A DNA stretch of 62,538 nt, counting the filler, from Gonapodya sp. JEL0774 (Eukaryota): the NCBI GenBank assembly GCA_027604505.1. It is 28 parts of 28 records of this genome, joined end to end, with 100 filler letters (N's around TTAATTAATTAA, not from the genome) between each part and the next. Parts side by side here need not be neighbours in the genome. Positions count along the whole stretch, not along the records: positions 1 to 2,152 come from JADIIX010002195.1; positions 2,253 to 4,403 come from JADIIX010002196.1; positions 4,504 to 6,653 come from JADIIX010002197.1; positions 6,754 to 8,901 come from JADIIX010002198.1; positions 9,002 to 11,149 come from JADIIX010002199.1; positions 11,250 to 13,396 come from JADIIX010002200.1; 22 more parts are not named here. The stretch is one strand, 5' to 3'. The first letter of the stretch is position 1; every line of letters begins with the position of its first letter. A program made the translations under genes and the position numbers. Shown here piece after piece: positions 1-12,352 of this stretch. The notes below the pieces were generated by a model, which worked only from the letters and a program-made list of their open reading frames with translations, was not told the origin of the DNA and searched no databases.

Positions 1-729
1 TTGCGGAGACGGTGGTGGGACTCTACATAGAAGACATATGTGAGTATGAAGTTTGTGAAGTTCTTCTACTTCGAGCTCGGGGGAGAAGACCTACCGTCGT
101 AATAAGGAGACTTGAACCCAGGGCGGATAGAGTAGGGCTCAGCGTAGGGCACTTGGGAGAAAGTACCGGGTTGGCGCGTAGTGTTCTAAATTTGAGTGAA
201 ATCGACAAGGGTTTGAAGGAGTTGGTGGTAATTAATGCTCTTCCAGCACAACTTGAGTGCTTCATCCTCACCAGCACTTTCGGTTTCTCGTTGAGAATTT
301 GGCCGATGAGAAGCTTTGGTCCGAACTTTTGGAGCACCTCTTGCCTGTGGAGACCGTAAAACTCCTCTGTTGTGTCCCGGCCAGCAAGATTGGTGATGAT
401 GAGAGCACCCCCAGGGTGCATGTCCGCAAAGGAAGTCACATCGTAGACGTAGGAGTCAATGACGATCCAGCAGTCTTCGGGGGTGTTGTGGGAAGCAACT
501 TCCTTGCTAGTGAACGCAACACCAGCGTTCGAACATTGATCGAGCAAAGGCATAGAAAGATAATCCATATGAAAGACAAAACGTTAGAAAGTAAATGAAA
601 GATTTTGCGAGTCAGAAGTCGTGAAAACGCTCAGTGGAGCGCCTCGTCGTCAACCTACCGAGTGAAAATTTTGAGCTTCTTTCCAACAGGAGTGAGGTTG
701 GATTTGGTGACTTCAGAAGGGACAGACAT
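1..729 (-). CDS. Cytochrome b5 domain-fused acyl-CoA dehydrogenase, 5' part (spliced, 3' truncated)
   Basis: Exon 1 MSVPSEVTKSNLTPVGKKLKIFTR (ATG 729, GTAGGT donor); cyt b5 domain KEVASHNTPEDCWIVIDSYVYDVTSFADMHPGG; later exons PGTFSQVPYAEPYSIRPGFKSPYY and ESHHRLR match the start of fungal b5-fused acyl-CoA dehydrogenases. Confidence 0.85.
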
Positions 730-1505
730 CTAATTCCAAACATAAGCAACGTCGGAGATGAGAAATAGCAGAAAGCGACCATTTTTCAGTTGTCATCATC
801 GGCGCCCGGCTTTTCCTGTCATCACATGACATCACATGATTCCCCACACCCCGGACATCTGCGTCCCGGAACACCTTCTGCATGTAATGTAGACACCGCA
901 GCATATCCGTGGTCCATCGTTCTGAACGAGAACGGTCCTCCACCGTCTCACAAACTTTATCGAGAGCAACTTCCGAACTCGAAACCGCTCCTGCGCCATT
1001 AGCAGTTGATTGCATGATTTCATTACCTCCCAACATCAAGTATCACTGACCTTTGGCGAGTTTCGAGTGATGGTTGTTCGATGAGTTTGCAAGAGAAGGG
1101 GATGCAGGCGGATCAGGACTTGTCATCAACGGGCAAAGGCGGGCAAACCTGCGACCGCAACCACGTGATTTTTCCTGCACATTTCACTCCGAGTTCCTTC
1201 CGAAAGTGCATTCAGCACAACTTCCTTTTTCAATATCTTTTGATAAGGAGCTACCTTAGCAGTTTATCCCGATTCAGATGTACTGCAAACGGCTGACGTA
1301 TCAATATCACTCCATCCAAGACCTTGCCCTTCTGACACAGGAAGATGCGAAAGTCAAGCAAAACGGACAGAGCAACAATGAGGTTGTTTGATCGGGAACA
1401 AAGGAGAATACCCATGCGGCGAAATAATTGATGGAGGATCATTCGGTTTTATCCTCCCCAAGAACATTAGATCGATTTTTACACCTGACTCGCCGTAACA
1501 CACTC

Positions 1506-2152
1506 TCAAACCCACTCCCTGGGCGACTTCAGCACATTCTCAAGCTCCCGTTCGGGTGACCCTGGCGCTGGTTTATACATGTATTCCCATCTGGTAAATT
1601 GAAGCACAATTGTGACGACAAAGACAGTTATAATTTTGAAAATGATACTGCCTCAAGAACATAATTCGAACATACCTTGAAGTCAGAGGCAGAGAAACGA
1701 GAATCGACTCTATACGTGCACCAGGTGTTGCAAGGCCGAACTTGGTACCACGGTCGTGAATCTGGATGAAATGATTTCAGAAAACAAAAGAATTTTTCAG
1801 TCACTTTCAACTCGCTAAGTATCGAGGGGATAGGAGCGGTCATATCACTCACCAAGTTGAACTCCACATATCGTCCCCTCCTCAACTGCTGCCACCTCTT
1901 TTGCTCGTCCGTAAACTTCTGATCCTTCCTTTTCATCACAAGAGGTAGATAAGACGAAATAAATGAAAAACCGCATTCTTCTACGAATCGGAAGACAGAA
2001 TCCGAATTGGCAGAGCCCGCAGGGGGAGGGTCAAGGTCGTCAAAAACTAATTAGAGTATTCAACCCGAATGAGCGCTGATTTTAAGCTGGCCGTACTTGG
2101 TTCTTCAATGTACTTACATATACCGCCGACACCTCGACCCTCGTTTCGGTGT
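1506..2152 (-). CDS. HEM13: Coproporphyrinogen III oxidase, C-terminal part (spliced)
   Basis: [54 protein letters not shown], ends SPREWV*; diagnostic aerobic CPOX motifs. Confidence 0.95.
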
Positions 2153-2252
2153 NNNNNNNNNNNNNNNNNNNNNNNNNNNNNNNNNNNNNNNNNNNNTTAA
2201 TTAATTAANNNNNNNNNNNNNNNNNNNNNNNNNNNNNNNNNNNNNNNNNNNN
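2153..2252. other. Artificial contig-joining spacer (first of 27 identical spacers; last at 60318-60417)
   Basis: N44-TTAATTAATTAA-N44 recurs about every 2.24 kb, gives stops in all six frames, and separates contigs of steadily decreasing length (2152 down to about 2120 nt). Confidence 0.99.
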
Positions 2253-4403
2253 CCAAACCTGCTGGTTGACGACGGAGGATGAGTGTCCGACTGATTGCGG
2301 AAAAGCAGCAGCCTGAGAGGACTGCACGCCACCAAATACAAGGGGGTTCATTGGCTGTTGGAAGGGAGAGACACCAGATATGCTTTGCCCGAATCCACTT
2401 TGTGGCTGCACCATAGAAGACGTTCCGAAGCGTCCCCCCTGAGTTGTAGAGCTATACTGCTGACTGAGTGGTGACATTTGGACTTGTTGGGTGGCCGGTT
2501 GCGACATTTTGCCGAACGGTGGCGCAGAGCTCCCAAAACCAGACAATACACTTTGTTGCGCTTTGAACGGATTCACATCTGGAAACGGCATCGCTTGCCA
2601 TCCTCCTGAAGAGTGTGTCGCGCTAGCTTGGCTCATCCCAAACGGATTGTTTCCCGAGAGTGACAGATTGCCCGACAAATTTGCACTTCCTGTAGAGCCC
2701 GAAAACGTTGATCCCATGCTACCGGTGTTGACACTTTGCCAGGCGTTATTGGCGCCAAGGGAAACGTTTTGAGGTGCGAATGGGTTGTTTTGCGGAATGC
2801 CCGCAAGGTTTTGTGCCTGGAGCCCGCCTATCATAGGGGATGGCTGGTTGACAGCAGGAAGTGCTCCAAAGGGCGACAACCCTGCATCTCCCGGGTGCCC
2901 GAAGACGGAGTTCCTCCCATCCGAGTTGGTGTTCCATACATCCTGTGGTTGTGCCGACGCCGGTGGATTGCTCCACTGATTCTGACCATATCCACCCAAC
3001 GCCGAAGACAGAGGCGCCCCCGCCCACCCCGTTCCGTATCCCTGCGTTTGTTGTTGGACCGGCGTCTGCTGCTGAAACTGTCCGCTGTTTTGTTGCGACG
3101 GGGGCAGCTCGTCGTCCAGACTTGCGAAAAAGTCGATAAGCGGTGTTTGCATGGGGAGTTTTGTTTGTGCGGTTTTGAGTTCTTGAACTTCGTTGCGGAG
3201 GAGGGCAGCAGGCGAAGCGGTGTCAGAACGGTTGAAATTGGGTGTAGGTGCAGTGGCAGTGCGAGCTAGAAAGTTCCAAGAACTGTTCAACTCCTGAAGT
3301 ATGCCTTTTCCTTCGTCACTGTCGAACCTACTTCTGGCCAAGGCGGATTGATCCCCGGACTGCGGCGCAGGTTGCGACGATTGAGATCGTGCTGACAGGA
3401 AGAGAGAATATCGTCACATCCAAGCTTATAGCACAACTCGACATCAAGTGTAGCAAAACCCTACCCCTGTTATCTGACTGTTCTTTTCCAGATTCTTCTC
3501 AAAGCGAGCGGGGTCAGGGACTACCAATGGGGAGCGCTTCTGAGTTCTTTCTTACCTTTGCCCGCCTTCTTATTCAAATATGCCTCTCGATTCTCTTCAA
3601 AGCTGTCGTCGTTGAGATATGACTGGAGGGTCGCAAGGAGGGCGGGTGGGGTCTGATACAATTGTTAGATGGATAACATTTGAGAGTCGGGAATCAGTTG
3701 AACACGTCCTAAGGCTTTTCAAGATACTTCTCGCAGACCTTTCTAAGGGTAGGAATTTCAAATCCCAAGCTATGCCTCAAGTTCCTGGTCATCTCGAACA
3801 GCTCTGCTGTCTTGTCTGATTGTTGACTGAACGCGCGGTATACAGATAGAGCACGAGTAGCATCAGGCTTGGAAAGAGTGAAAAAGTTATCTGCGTAGTT
3901 GGTGATGTTTGTGAGGAGGGCACGGATGGGGAAGAGGTGGGCGCGAAACGTCCAACAACACCCAAAGCAGCGGGTTCATTTATGGTGCAACAGACGCTGA
4001 CAAGCAGAGTTCAACATACCAAGAATTTTGATGACTGTTTCATTGATAATGTGGAAGAGCGGAATACAATCCGATAGGATCAGTCGAAAGGCTTGCAGCG
4101 TCACGAGGTTGTCAATGTCCACTGCCTCGAACTGTGACCACGGGGCATCTGGTTACTGCCCAGCCAATCCCGCCAGACGTATGTACATATAGGACGCGCC
4201 AGCATAGTAAGCGGCATCTCCTTACCTTGCACCCCAAAATACCATCCAGGAACTTTTGGAGCAGCGCAACGTTGGAGAGATAAGCATTGTCCACCTTGGC
4301 GCCGCGAAATTGTTGTACCATGCCATCTCGGGCTTTCACATTTCGGGTGGGGTCCTGTTTCATGTCAGAGCATATCATTACACGTTCCTGTGGTGGAGAT
4401 TGA
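2253..4403 (-). CDS. ANTH-domain clathrin assembly protein (AP180/Yap1801-like), internal part
   Basis: ANTH-like helices (LLQKFLDGILGCK; DIDNLVTLQAFRLILSDCIPLFHIINETVIKIL), LIDFFASLDD motif and Q/S/G-rich tail with several NPF motifs. Confidence 0.85.
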
Positions 4404-5508
4404 NNNNNNNNNNNNNNNNNNNNNNNNNNNNNNNNNNNNNNNNNNNNTTAATTAATTAANNNNNNNNNNNNNNNNNNNNNNNNNNNNNNNNNNNNNNNNN
4501 NNNGCACGAGCCTGCAGAAAAAGGAGCCACCAGTCAACACTCGTCGACTCACAACAGAGCTAGTGGTTGGTACGATGCGCGAGCGCCAGTGGCCGGCACT
4601 GCATGCTCGTCGACTCCTGCTTCTCCCTCGCACTCGGAAGCTCGTTCTCGAAAACTGTGTCGTTCCATTAAAACCCGACTGCCATCTATGTACAATACAA
4701 GGACAATCATCCCATCATACAACCCGAAGTAAAGCAAAGAAAAGAAGGGCACTGCTGCTGCTCAAACTATTACGAAAAATGCGCGTTTCGTCCGTGTTCC
4801 CTCCCCAGCCTCGTCCACTCGATTCACCTCCAATCTCCATTCCACAAACCACCACCGTGCCACGAACACGACCTCAACACCACGCCACATCCCGGTCAAA
4901 ACCACGGCCTGTCAAAACCGTACCGAAACAAAAGAAAGAAACGACTCAAAGTCCCCAAAAAATGGCAAGGCCCGAGAGCGAAAAGCAAACAAAGGTCGCG
5001 GCAGAGCGGAGCGGATACACTGCAGTGGGAGAATCATAGGGAGGCCGGAGAGAGGGGAGCGCAGGGCGGCAGTGAGTGGCGGGAGGGGGGTAAAAAATGC
5101 GGCGTGAGGTGGATGTGGACGTCGATTGCGACGATGCGATGACGCGATGACTGCCGCGCGCCCGTCCGTCCCTCCCAGTGCAAAGCAGTGCGAAAAGTGG
5201 AAGTAAGTTGGAGGTAAGAGGGTAAGCGAGAGGGGGTTGTTTTGTACAAGGTTCGACGGTGACCAACAAGGAAAGTCCACTGCAGGCCGTGTGCATGTCC
5301 CATGCAAGGCCGCAGGACCATCGCGTCGCGTCGCCGTCAGGGGGTAAAAAGGTCCCAAAGTTATCCCGCGTCACGTATGACCGGCCATCGCCACGTCCCA
5401 CACCGACCACACAAGGTCCGCGCGCACAGCACACAATCAAGTCCGTTACGTCCACCACATCCACATCCACATCCACATCCACGCACACCACCACCCCGAA
5501 CCGCGCAC

Positions 5509-6653
5509 TTAACACTTCACCGCCACTCCCTGGTCCGCCCGCTCCCCTTGCCACGTCCCCTCCTCCTCGTGCACGCCCTCGTGCCCTTGCGCGTCCACTT
5601 CACCCTCCCTATCCGGACTCGCAGGCGGACTGGGCGGAATCCAGCTCGGCGCCTGCTTCGCAGCCCATTTGGCGGCCGCGGCGAGGAGGCGGGGGTCGGG
5701 GTCGGCGGCGGCGGTGGCCGTGGCGGGGCGGGTGGTTGCGGCGGGTGGGGAGGGAACGCGGGGGGTGGAGTGCAAAGGTGGGGAGTGCATCTGCATCTGG
5801 TGCTGTTGTTGTTGTTGTTGTTGGAGCACGTAGTACCGTCGCAATTGGTCGCGGGCGTGTGGGGGGAGGTGGTCCATGGATGACAGGGGAAAAGGCGAGG
5901 TCGCCGGTGCGGTCGATATGGACGGGTGGAACGGGTGCGTCGGCACAGACGCACCAGACGCCGAGTGGGCCCTCCTCGCCGCTGCCGACATGGCCACCGC
6001 GCCGTTTGGGTCCCGTCGTCCGACGGCCACCGAGGCGGCCGTGGGTATCGACAGGGACGGAGGAAGGTTCTGAGCTTGCGAGTGCATCGAGTGTGCGTAG
6101 GCCGTGGTGAAGTTGGATGGGGAGAGGGAAGGAGGGGTGCAAGGGGAGGCGCGGGCCATGGCCAGGCGGGCGAGGTGGGCCTGGTGGTCTTGGAAGAGGC
6201 GGGTGGCCGAGGCGGTTTGGCGGCGGAATTCCCGTCGCTGGGGTGAGATGGGTGCAATGAGTGTGTGGTGGGCGGGTGGTAGGTGGTAGAGTGGGATTGG
6301 AGATGGTCATACGTGGTGGTGGTGATGACGTAATGGGATGGGGTAGTACGGGGCGGAACAAAGAAAAAAGGGGGAAGTGAGAGGGAAGAGATGGGGAGAA
6401 CGAGGAGAGGAGAGTGAGACGATGCATGGAGACGGTGGGGTTGGTTGGTTGTTCGATGGGTGCGGCGAAACTCGTCTCGACCAGTTCACCCGCCCTTTGC
6501 GTCCGCAGAAGGGACTCACCATTTCCAAGACCTCGTGGATATCTGCCTGTGTGAGTTCCGACATTGGCAATGATGACCTGTCGTAGTCGAGTTTTGAGTG
6601 TGTTTCGAGGACCAGGACGGTTTCGCAAAATGAGAGTTTTCTGGGAGCGGAAG
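5509..6653 (-). CDS. Low-complexity protein with RVxF-type PP1-docking-like module, 3' part
   Basis: Exon at contig edge reads SAPRKLSFCETVLVLETHSKLDYDRSSLPMSELTQADIHEVLEM then GTGAGT donor; downstream ORF 5509-6159 is P/A-rich with poly-Q. Linkage of the two exons is inferred. Confidence 0.5.
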
Positions 6654-6753
6654 NNNNNNNNNNNNNNNNNNNNNNNNNNNNNNNNNNNNNNNNNNNNTTA
6701 ATTAATTAANNNNNNNNNNNNNNNNNNNNNNNNNNNNNNNNNNNNNNNNNNNN

Positions 6754-7231
6754 GGGTACGAAGAGGTGACCAGAGGAAACACCCAAGAGGTGGTAGATGC
6801 ATAGAGTGCTTTTGCGACGGTTCGAGAAGTCGACGGACCGAGGTTTCAAGAAATGAGAAGAGCAACCATGAAATCGTTTGGTGTTAAAATCACACACCCA
6901 GAGGCCAGCTACTGTTCAAGCTGGTGACTGCTTCACCGTCTAGAATCTCCACGACAGGTCGTCCTCCAACCGATGAGAATTCCGAAGAGCAAACATCGCA
7001 CTGAACCTCCGAGAAACCGTCTACTATGTCGACTTTCAATAAATAGGTCGTGTTTGGCGCAGCTGCCGCTACAGCTGTCAGTTTGCCCACAGTTGTCGCG
7101 GTGTAGGGCGGCGGCAAGTACTCTTGAAGAGAAATGCTCCATTTGTACCGCGTTTCACCTCGTGCAAGTGATGCAAGCTGAATTATCAAGGGTAATACCA
7201 CGATTGAGGGGAAAGAAAGCAGCAGCTTCAT
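6754..7231 (-). CDS. Putative secreted protein of unknown function, 5' part
   Basis: MKLLLSFPSIVVLPLIIQLASLARG resembles a signal peptide, followed by about 90 codons of plausible composition. Confidence 0.35.
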
Positions 7232-9121
7232 TGCCAACTCCTTGCCAATCGCCTCCGCCCGATAAACCCAGTCCTGAAAGCGGTTCCTCGCCGACAAGAT
7301 TGCCTTTGGAACTTGTTTCTGACTCTTTCTTTGACTCGATAGGTTTTAACCTGATAAAGTCTGATATCCAGAAACCTGGGGAGAAAGCGAAGCTTCGGAT
7401 AATTCAGTTCTCCCCGGCTGCACACCATGCGAGCAACCCAAAGGTGGTCGTCAAACCAAGCGGAGGAACAAAACAGTCGTGATTAGTCTACGAACTGGGC
7501 GGCGCACACTTGTCGTTGGTTCGACCTAAATGCTCGATTAGGGTTCCAAATATATTATTGAGGTGAAGTGAAATAGGAACGTATACAAGTAGTTTTATGA
7601 GCAGTAATGCAGCTATTCGTTTGATAATATCACTGTCCGAAATGGATTGTTCTCGCTCCCTGAATACAACCACCAACCCGATAAAACCCACGGCCCCAAT
7701 ACATTACGGTAGTCCTTGGAAGGCGTTCCAAGTCACACAACTAGAGGAGTGGTGTGCCGAAGTTCTGATTTCCGCATGGGGAAGGAGACCACCAAGGGTA
7801 CGTACGTCAAGCGGTGTCGGCCACTCTGGAGGACACACAGCCGATGGAGATGGCATGGGAGAAGGAAAATTGCGAGCCGCAGCAACTTTCGCTTCGTTTT
7901 CGTCGATAGAACTGGATAGTGCCGTTGAAAATAGCTGGGCGGACAAAGAGTGTGCACAATCGGCGTTGCGGGGGCGTCGTGGCTCATCCGCGAACGAAAG
8001 AGGGTGTCGAGCGAGTCGTTGCGCGGTAACATATGGGAATGATTTGCTGACGCTCATGCAGCCAGTGCATCGGCACGATCCCCGTTTTGGTGCTCCCGGT
8101 GTGCGCCGAGTGGTGGTTGCAGAGTCCTGAATATGAGCGGGCAAACGTTGTGGTTTAGCTCCATACGAAATTCTTCTTGCAAAGAGTGCAAACGTACTTG
8201 ACAGACGCTCGACCGAATCAGGCTGCTTGGGGAGTTGGGGATATTCTGCGAGCTCATAATTTGTGGTAGAGTATGAAATACAATGGACGAAGGCATATTC
8301 TCAATCTGAATTCGGGAGTGACGTGCCAGGGGAAAGAGCGGTGAGCTGCTTGGGGACAATCTCAGAGAACATTACGGTAGTGGCTCAAGATGCTGTTCTT
8401 GGTCACAACCTTGATAAGCGCTCATATGGATGAGACAAGACGCCCAAGAGAGTTCTGTCAAGATTGTTCTCCCGCCGCTGAAAGGCCCAGACGACTGAGA
8501 TGTTCGCTTTCAACAGCAACACTCCTTGGGAATCCATCTCTTCGCGAGTCCCAACACCGCTTACGCTGGCGCAGGCATTTCCGGTGTGTATCGGCTAATT
8601 CGGACTCACATTTGATGCTAAGTGTCGGTTGGTGAATAGACAGACACACGTCACGGTCGCCAAAGCGCGAAGGTATTGGATGTTCGGCGGGGAAAGTTAC
8701 CGGGGTTCAACGCAATCGTGATGGAGGAGGGCATTATAAAAGAACCAGTATACGGCTTATGGTGCCGTTGTGCAAATGTTTGTTCCCCCTACGGTGGGTG
8801 GCCGACAGATCGGTCTGCTGTAATACACCACAACCAAAAAGAAGGCAGGCACAATCGCGCGAATGCCCGACCCTGATATAGAGCACAGAGCACTGCAACC
8901 TNNNNNNNNNNNNNNNNNNNNNNNNNNNNNNNNNNNNNNNNNNNNTTAATTAATTAANNNNNNNNNNNNNNNNNNNNNNNNNNNNNNNNNNNNNNNNNNN
9001 NTGTTCGAACCCCAGTGGGGGGAAATTTTCCAATGTGGTGGCATGCAAAACTATGAGAGTTTGACCCTTAAAAATGGAAATTTGTCCTGGTTCAGGCAAC
9101 CCTGAAGCAGAGATGCTGTCT

Positions 9122-9196
9122 TCAGGGGGAGTGTTAAGGATAAAGAGAGAATCCAGCACTCTGCCCCTGAACAGGTTTTGCCACCATAGCTTAACA
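9122..9196 (+). mobile_element. Polypurine tract plus very short LTR-like unit
   Basis: TCAGGGGGAG (9122-9131) immediately followed by TGTTAAG...CTTAACA (9132-9196, 7-bp perfect terminal inverted repeat). Confidence 0.5.
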
Positions 9197-9659
9197 CTTT
9201 ATCCATGAACAGCTTGAGAAAGGGATTCTTAAATTGATCTACTGTCCCACCCATGCTAATGTTGGTGACATTATCACTAAGCCAGCACCAAAGCAGTCTT
9301 TTGAGCAACATCGATCATCAATGGGGATGTATTCCATTACTTCTTGAGATATGGGAAACTTCACACTGAAGTGTTAAGATATGGGAGTTTTTGACATTTC
9401 AGACGGCTCTACTGCCATGGGGAGTTGAAATCATTGAATATTTAATGGAGTAAAATTACTTGCTGTAAAGTTTTCTACAAGTTTGTCACCTACAGTTCTG
9501 TTATGGCGTTATTGGTTAGTGAACTACACTATGGAACGTAGGTAACTTGGTGCACACACTTGGAGACCATGCTATGGTCATGGGATAAAGTAGATGAAGC
9601 GTTTTCAGTGCAACGTGTTTTGAATCAGTAAATCATAGTGCTCAAAGGTGTGCCAACAG

Positions 9660-10260
9660 GTTGTACATTCAACATTTGAGCTTTTGTGCGGTTGGGGGCG
9701 GTTTTGACATCAATATATTCTCATCATTCACTCAGCATCAGTGCACTACTGTGGTCACTAGTACTACAATCTCGCCCCACACTCCAAGTCAAACAGCTCA
9801 CTACATAACTCCACAACCAGGAACACTAGAGAGGTAGTGCAACTACCAAAACGCATCTAATCTTCAAGGCGGTTCCAATGCGCCTATTGGCGTCTTCTGA
9901 GCATTGTCCATTGTTGCGTTATGCACCATTCAAACTCAACCCATCCTTCAATACTCCCCCTGAAAGGCAACATTCTAATGTTGGCTTTCCCCTCATCCAA
10001 AGTTATCAATGTATGACAGTCCCATGAATGTCCTATGTCGCTCAAAGGAATCTCACAGTAGTGCCTTTGTCATAATATCTGCCACATTTTTCTGGGTGGG
10101 AACATACTTATGTGAAAGTAATCCCTTGGCTAGTGGTTCACGAATAAAATTTTATTTAACATCAATGTGCTTGGTGAGCTTGTGGTGAACAGGGTTAACA
10201 GCCAGTGCTAGTGCCCCCTGATTATCACCAAGAAGGATTGGACAAGAAATTACGCTGTTG
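9660..10260 (-). mobile_element. Degenerate Ty1/copia RNase H end, PPT and 3' LTR
   Basis: GDNQGALALAVNPVHHKLTKHIDVK*NFIRE...YVPTQKNVADIMTKAL with in-frame stops; PPT TCAGGGGGAG at 9963-9954 followed by TATTG (mutated TGTTG). LTR far end approximate. Confidence 0.85.
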
Positions 10261-10529
10261 GCTTCCATTTTGTGCACGCCCTACGCAATCATGACACTGT
10301 CTCATGCAGCAAACAAATCATTTGCCAAAGTAGACACCTCATGCCCTTCATTTTCTTTGACACAAAAACCTGGATCTGCAGGAAATAGGCACTTAATTCA
10401 CCAAGGAATCCGAACAGCGTCAGCTAAGAGCAGTCTGTAGCTGTCATGATCATCTACTTCTGGTTCCGCATCCAACTGCACATTGATTGCAATTGGTGTA
10501 GAATATCCCCTTGTTTGGACTTTCACTTC

Positions 10530-10900
10530 TCAAGACAGAGGGAACTGGAGAGTTTGCACTTGCCAATTGATAAGTAAACCTGTTGGCATCTGAAAATTGG
10601 TTCCCAATACAAGTGGATGGTGCAAGTTTTCCACCACATGCAACCACTGTGTCACTGGTGGGCCCCCTACAAGACGAATTGTAGCACAAAACACAATGCT
10701 AATAGATATGGCAAATGTGCCAGAAACGCCAAGCGTCGTGCGCATTTTGCATGTGTTCACTCATTTACGACAATCGTACTTCCCCGTGATAGAGTCGCAG
10801 TAAACATCCGTGCAAATGGCCGAAAAGCTAGCACCAGAGTGGAGCAGTGCATCCTCAAGTGACACCCCAAAGACTTGTGTTTTGATCAACACCACATGTG
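10530..10900 (-). pseudogene. Degenerate Ty3/gypsy-type retropepsin fragment
   Basis: One frame gives ALLHSGASFSAI (catalytic D to H), an internal TGA, then LHVVENLHHPLVLGTNF...GLLINWQVQTLQF, the typical gypsy protease C-terminal pattern. Confidence 0.7.
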
Positions 10901-11046
10901 CGGTGCCATATCGCATCTTCACCCTCATCTACAATGACAGGCAGGGCCTTTGCATTCATTAACGTTGGGACAGAAGTGCATAGGTTGCTGTGATCTTCAT
11001 TGACTGTTTGTTGTGTGGCAGTTGTGTGAGAAGTGTGCACAAAGGC

Positions 11047-11149
11047 TGTTGGAACTCCAAACTTGTCTTTTGTCACACAACACACACTACATGGGAAAAT
11101 GGGCTGTTTATATGTACTTTGACCTGCTGTGCCACACAGGCCACAGTGA
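11047..11149 (-). mobile_element. Copia LTR copy (same family as 56129-56264), cut by contig end
   Basis: Nearly identical to 56129-56232 (TGTTGGAACTCCAAACTTGTC...CACAGTGA); no PBS next to it, so a 3' or solo LTR. Confidence 0.85.
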
Positions 11150-11472
11150 NNNNNNNNNNNNNNNNNNNNNNNNNNNNNNNNNNNNNNNNNNNNTTAATTA
11201 ATTAANNNNNNNNNNNNNNNNNNNNNNNNNNNNNNNNNNNNNNNNNNNNTGAGGACGAGACAATGTCCTTTTGCATGTCCGGAAGTGATGGGTTGCGGTA
11301 GTAGAGCCATCCACGGGACGCGAGAGACTCGGTGGTAAGAAGAAGTACAACAGGGACAAAAACCGCTGTGATGAGGGGGTACAAGCGGCGCATATCTTTG
11401 CGGGGAACGCGTTGAGGTTCAGTTCCTGCTCAGCACCGCCCAGGACCACATCCATTTATATGTAGAAGTGAG

Positions 11473-12125
11473 CTATATTGCATTAGCACCCACACAATCT
11501 CTAAAAACACCCAGGCTGAAGCCCTCTCCTCTCTTTACTGTTACGCTTCTACTTCAGAATGTTCGATTAGTGTGAGCCAAAGTCAGAACTTCACAATGCA
11601 CTGCCTCCTTCCGAAGTTCGCTCCAAAGACTCACCTCCGTTCTCCTTCCACAACAACAGTTGGAAAATGAGTCGGGGCGTCCGAATCTGAAGGGGCCGCA
11701 CCCACCATCTTGCCTAAATCAGAGGCCCGTGTTGCCAGAGCACACACGTAGCCAGCGAGTGAAGGTGGGACAGAACCAGAAGCTTGAGGGTTCCACGAGC
11801 AAGTAATCGACCCAAGGGTGCAAGGTGAAAGTCGAGTAGATATGCAGAAAAACCGTCGGTAACCAGGAAGAGTGCATAGTACCTCCAATCAGAAGTCCTT
11901 TGGAATCGGTCAAGAGCGCCCCAAGGACATCATCATTCTCGGCTCTTTGAGTCATACGACGGAGTGTCCGACGTGTCGTGAGGCCGACATACCAAATTGT
12001 AACAGCCATCATGTGCGGTGCAATCCATTGGCGAGTTCAAATATGTGATTAGGACCGAGCTCACCCCTCTTCGTCTTGAAGAGGACTCACATGTTGACGA
12101 GTACCTCCTCGATTGGCCGCTCCAT
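11473..12125 (-). CDS. LAMTOR5: Ragulator complex subunit LAMTOR5/HBXIP-like (complete, 4 exons)
   Basis: Spliced product MERPIEEVLVNIAENDDVLGALLTDSKGLLIGASGSVPPSLAGYVCALATRASDL...FPTVVVEGERRSVTVKRGEGFSLGVFR follows the LAMTOR5 roadblock pattern (GxxxTDSxGL, PxVxxE); all junctions GT-AG and in phase. Confidence 0.8.
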
Positions 12126-12352
12126 AAGTTAGCGATTACCCAATATGATTCACTCGTGTCGAGAATGAACTGAACATACACTTGGAGCCACACATGAGGC
12201 CGTTGCAACCACATTGCACAAAACAATTGATTCTCTCTCATATGAACTTCTTCTTCTTCAACATTTTATGACATCTCCAAACGCAAACTAAACTATCTCG
12301 CGTTCCACTGATTCAGTCTACTGACTTTCGTTGCACGTGACACAAAGTGCTT

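Noticed and set aside
790..1450. Short ORFs between the acyl-CoA dehydrogenase and HEM13
   Set aside because: No recognisable motif or consistent exon chain; a small gene cannot be excluded.
5259..6289. Many long overlapping ORFs on both strands (also 13836-15699 and 51537-53098)
   Set aside because: Expected from high GC and low complexity; shadow frames of one gene.
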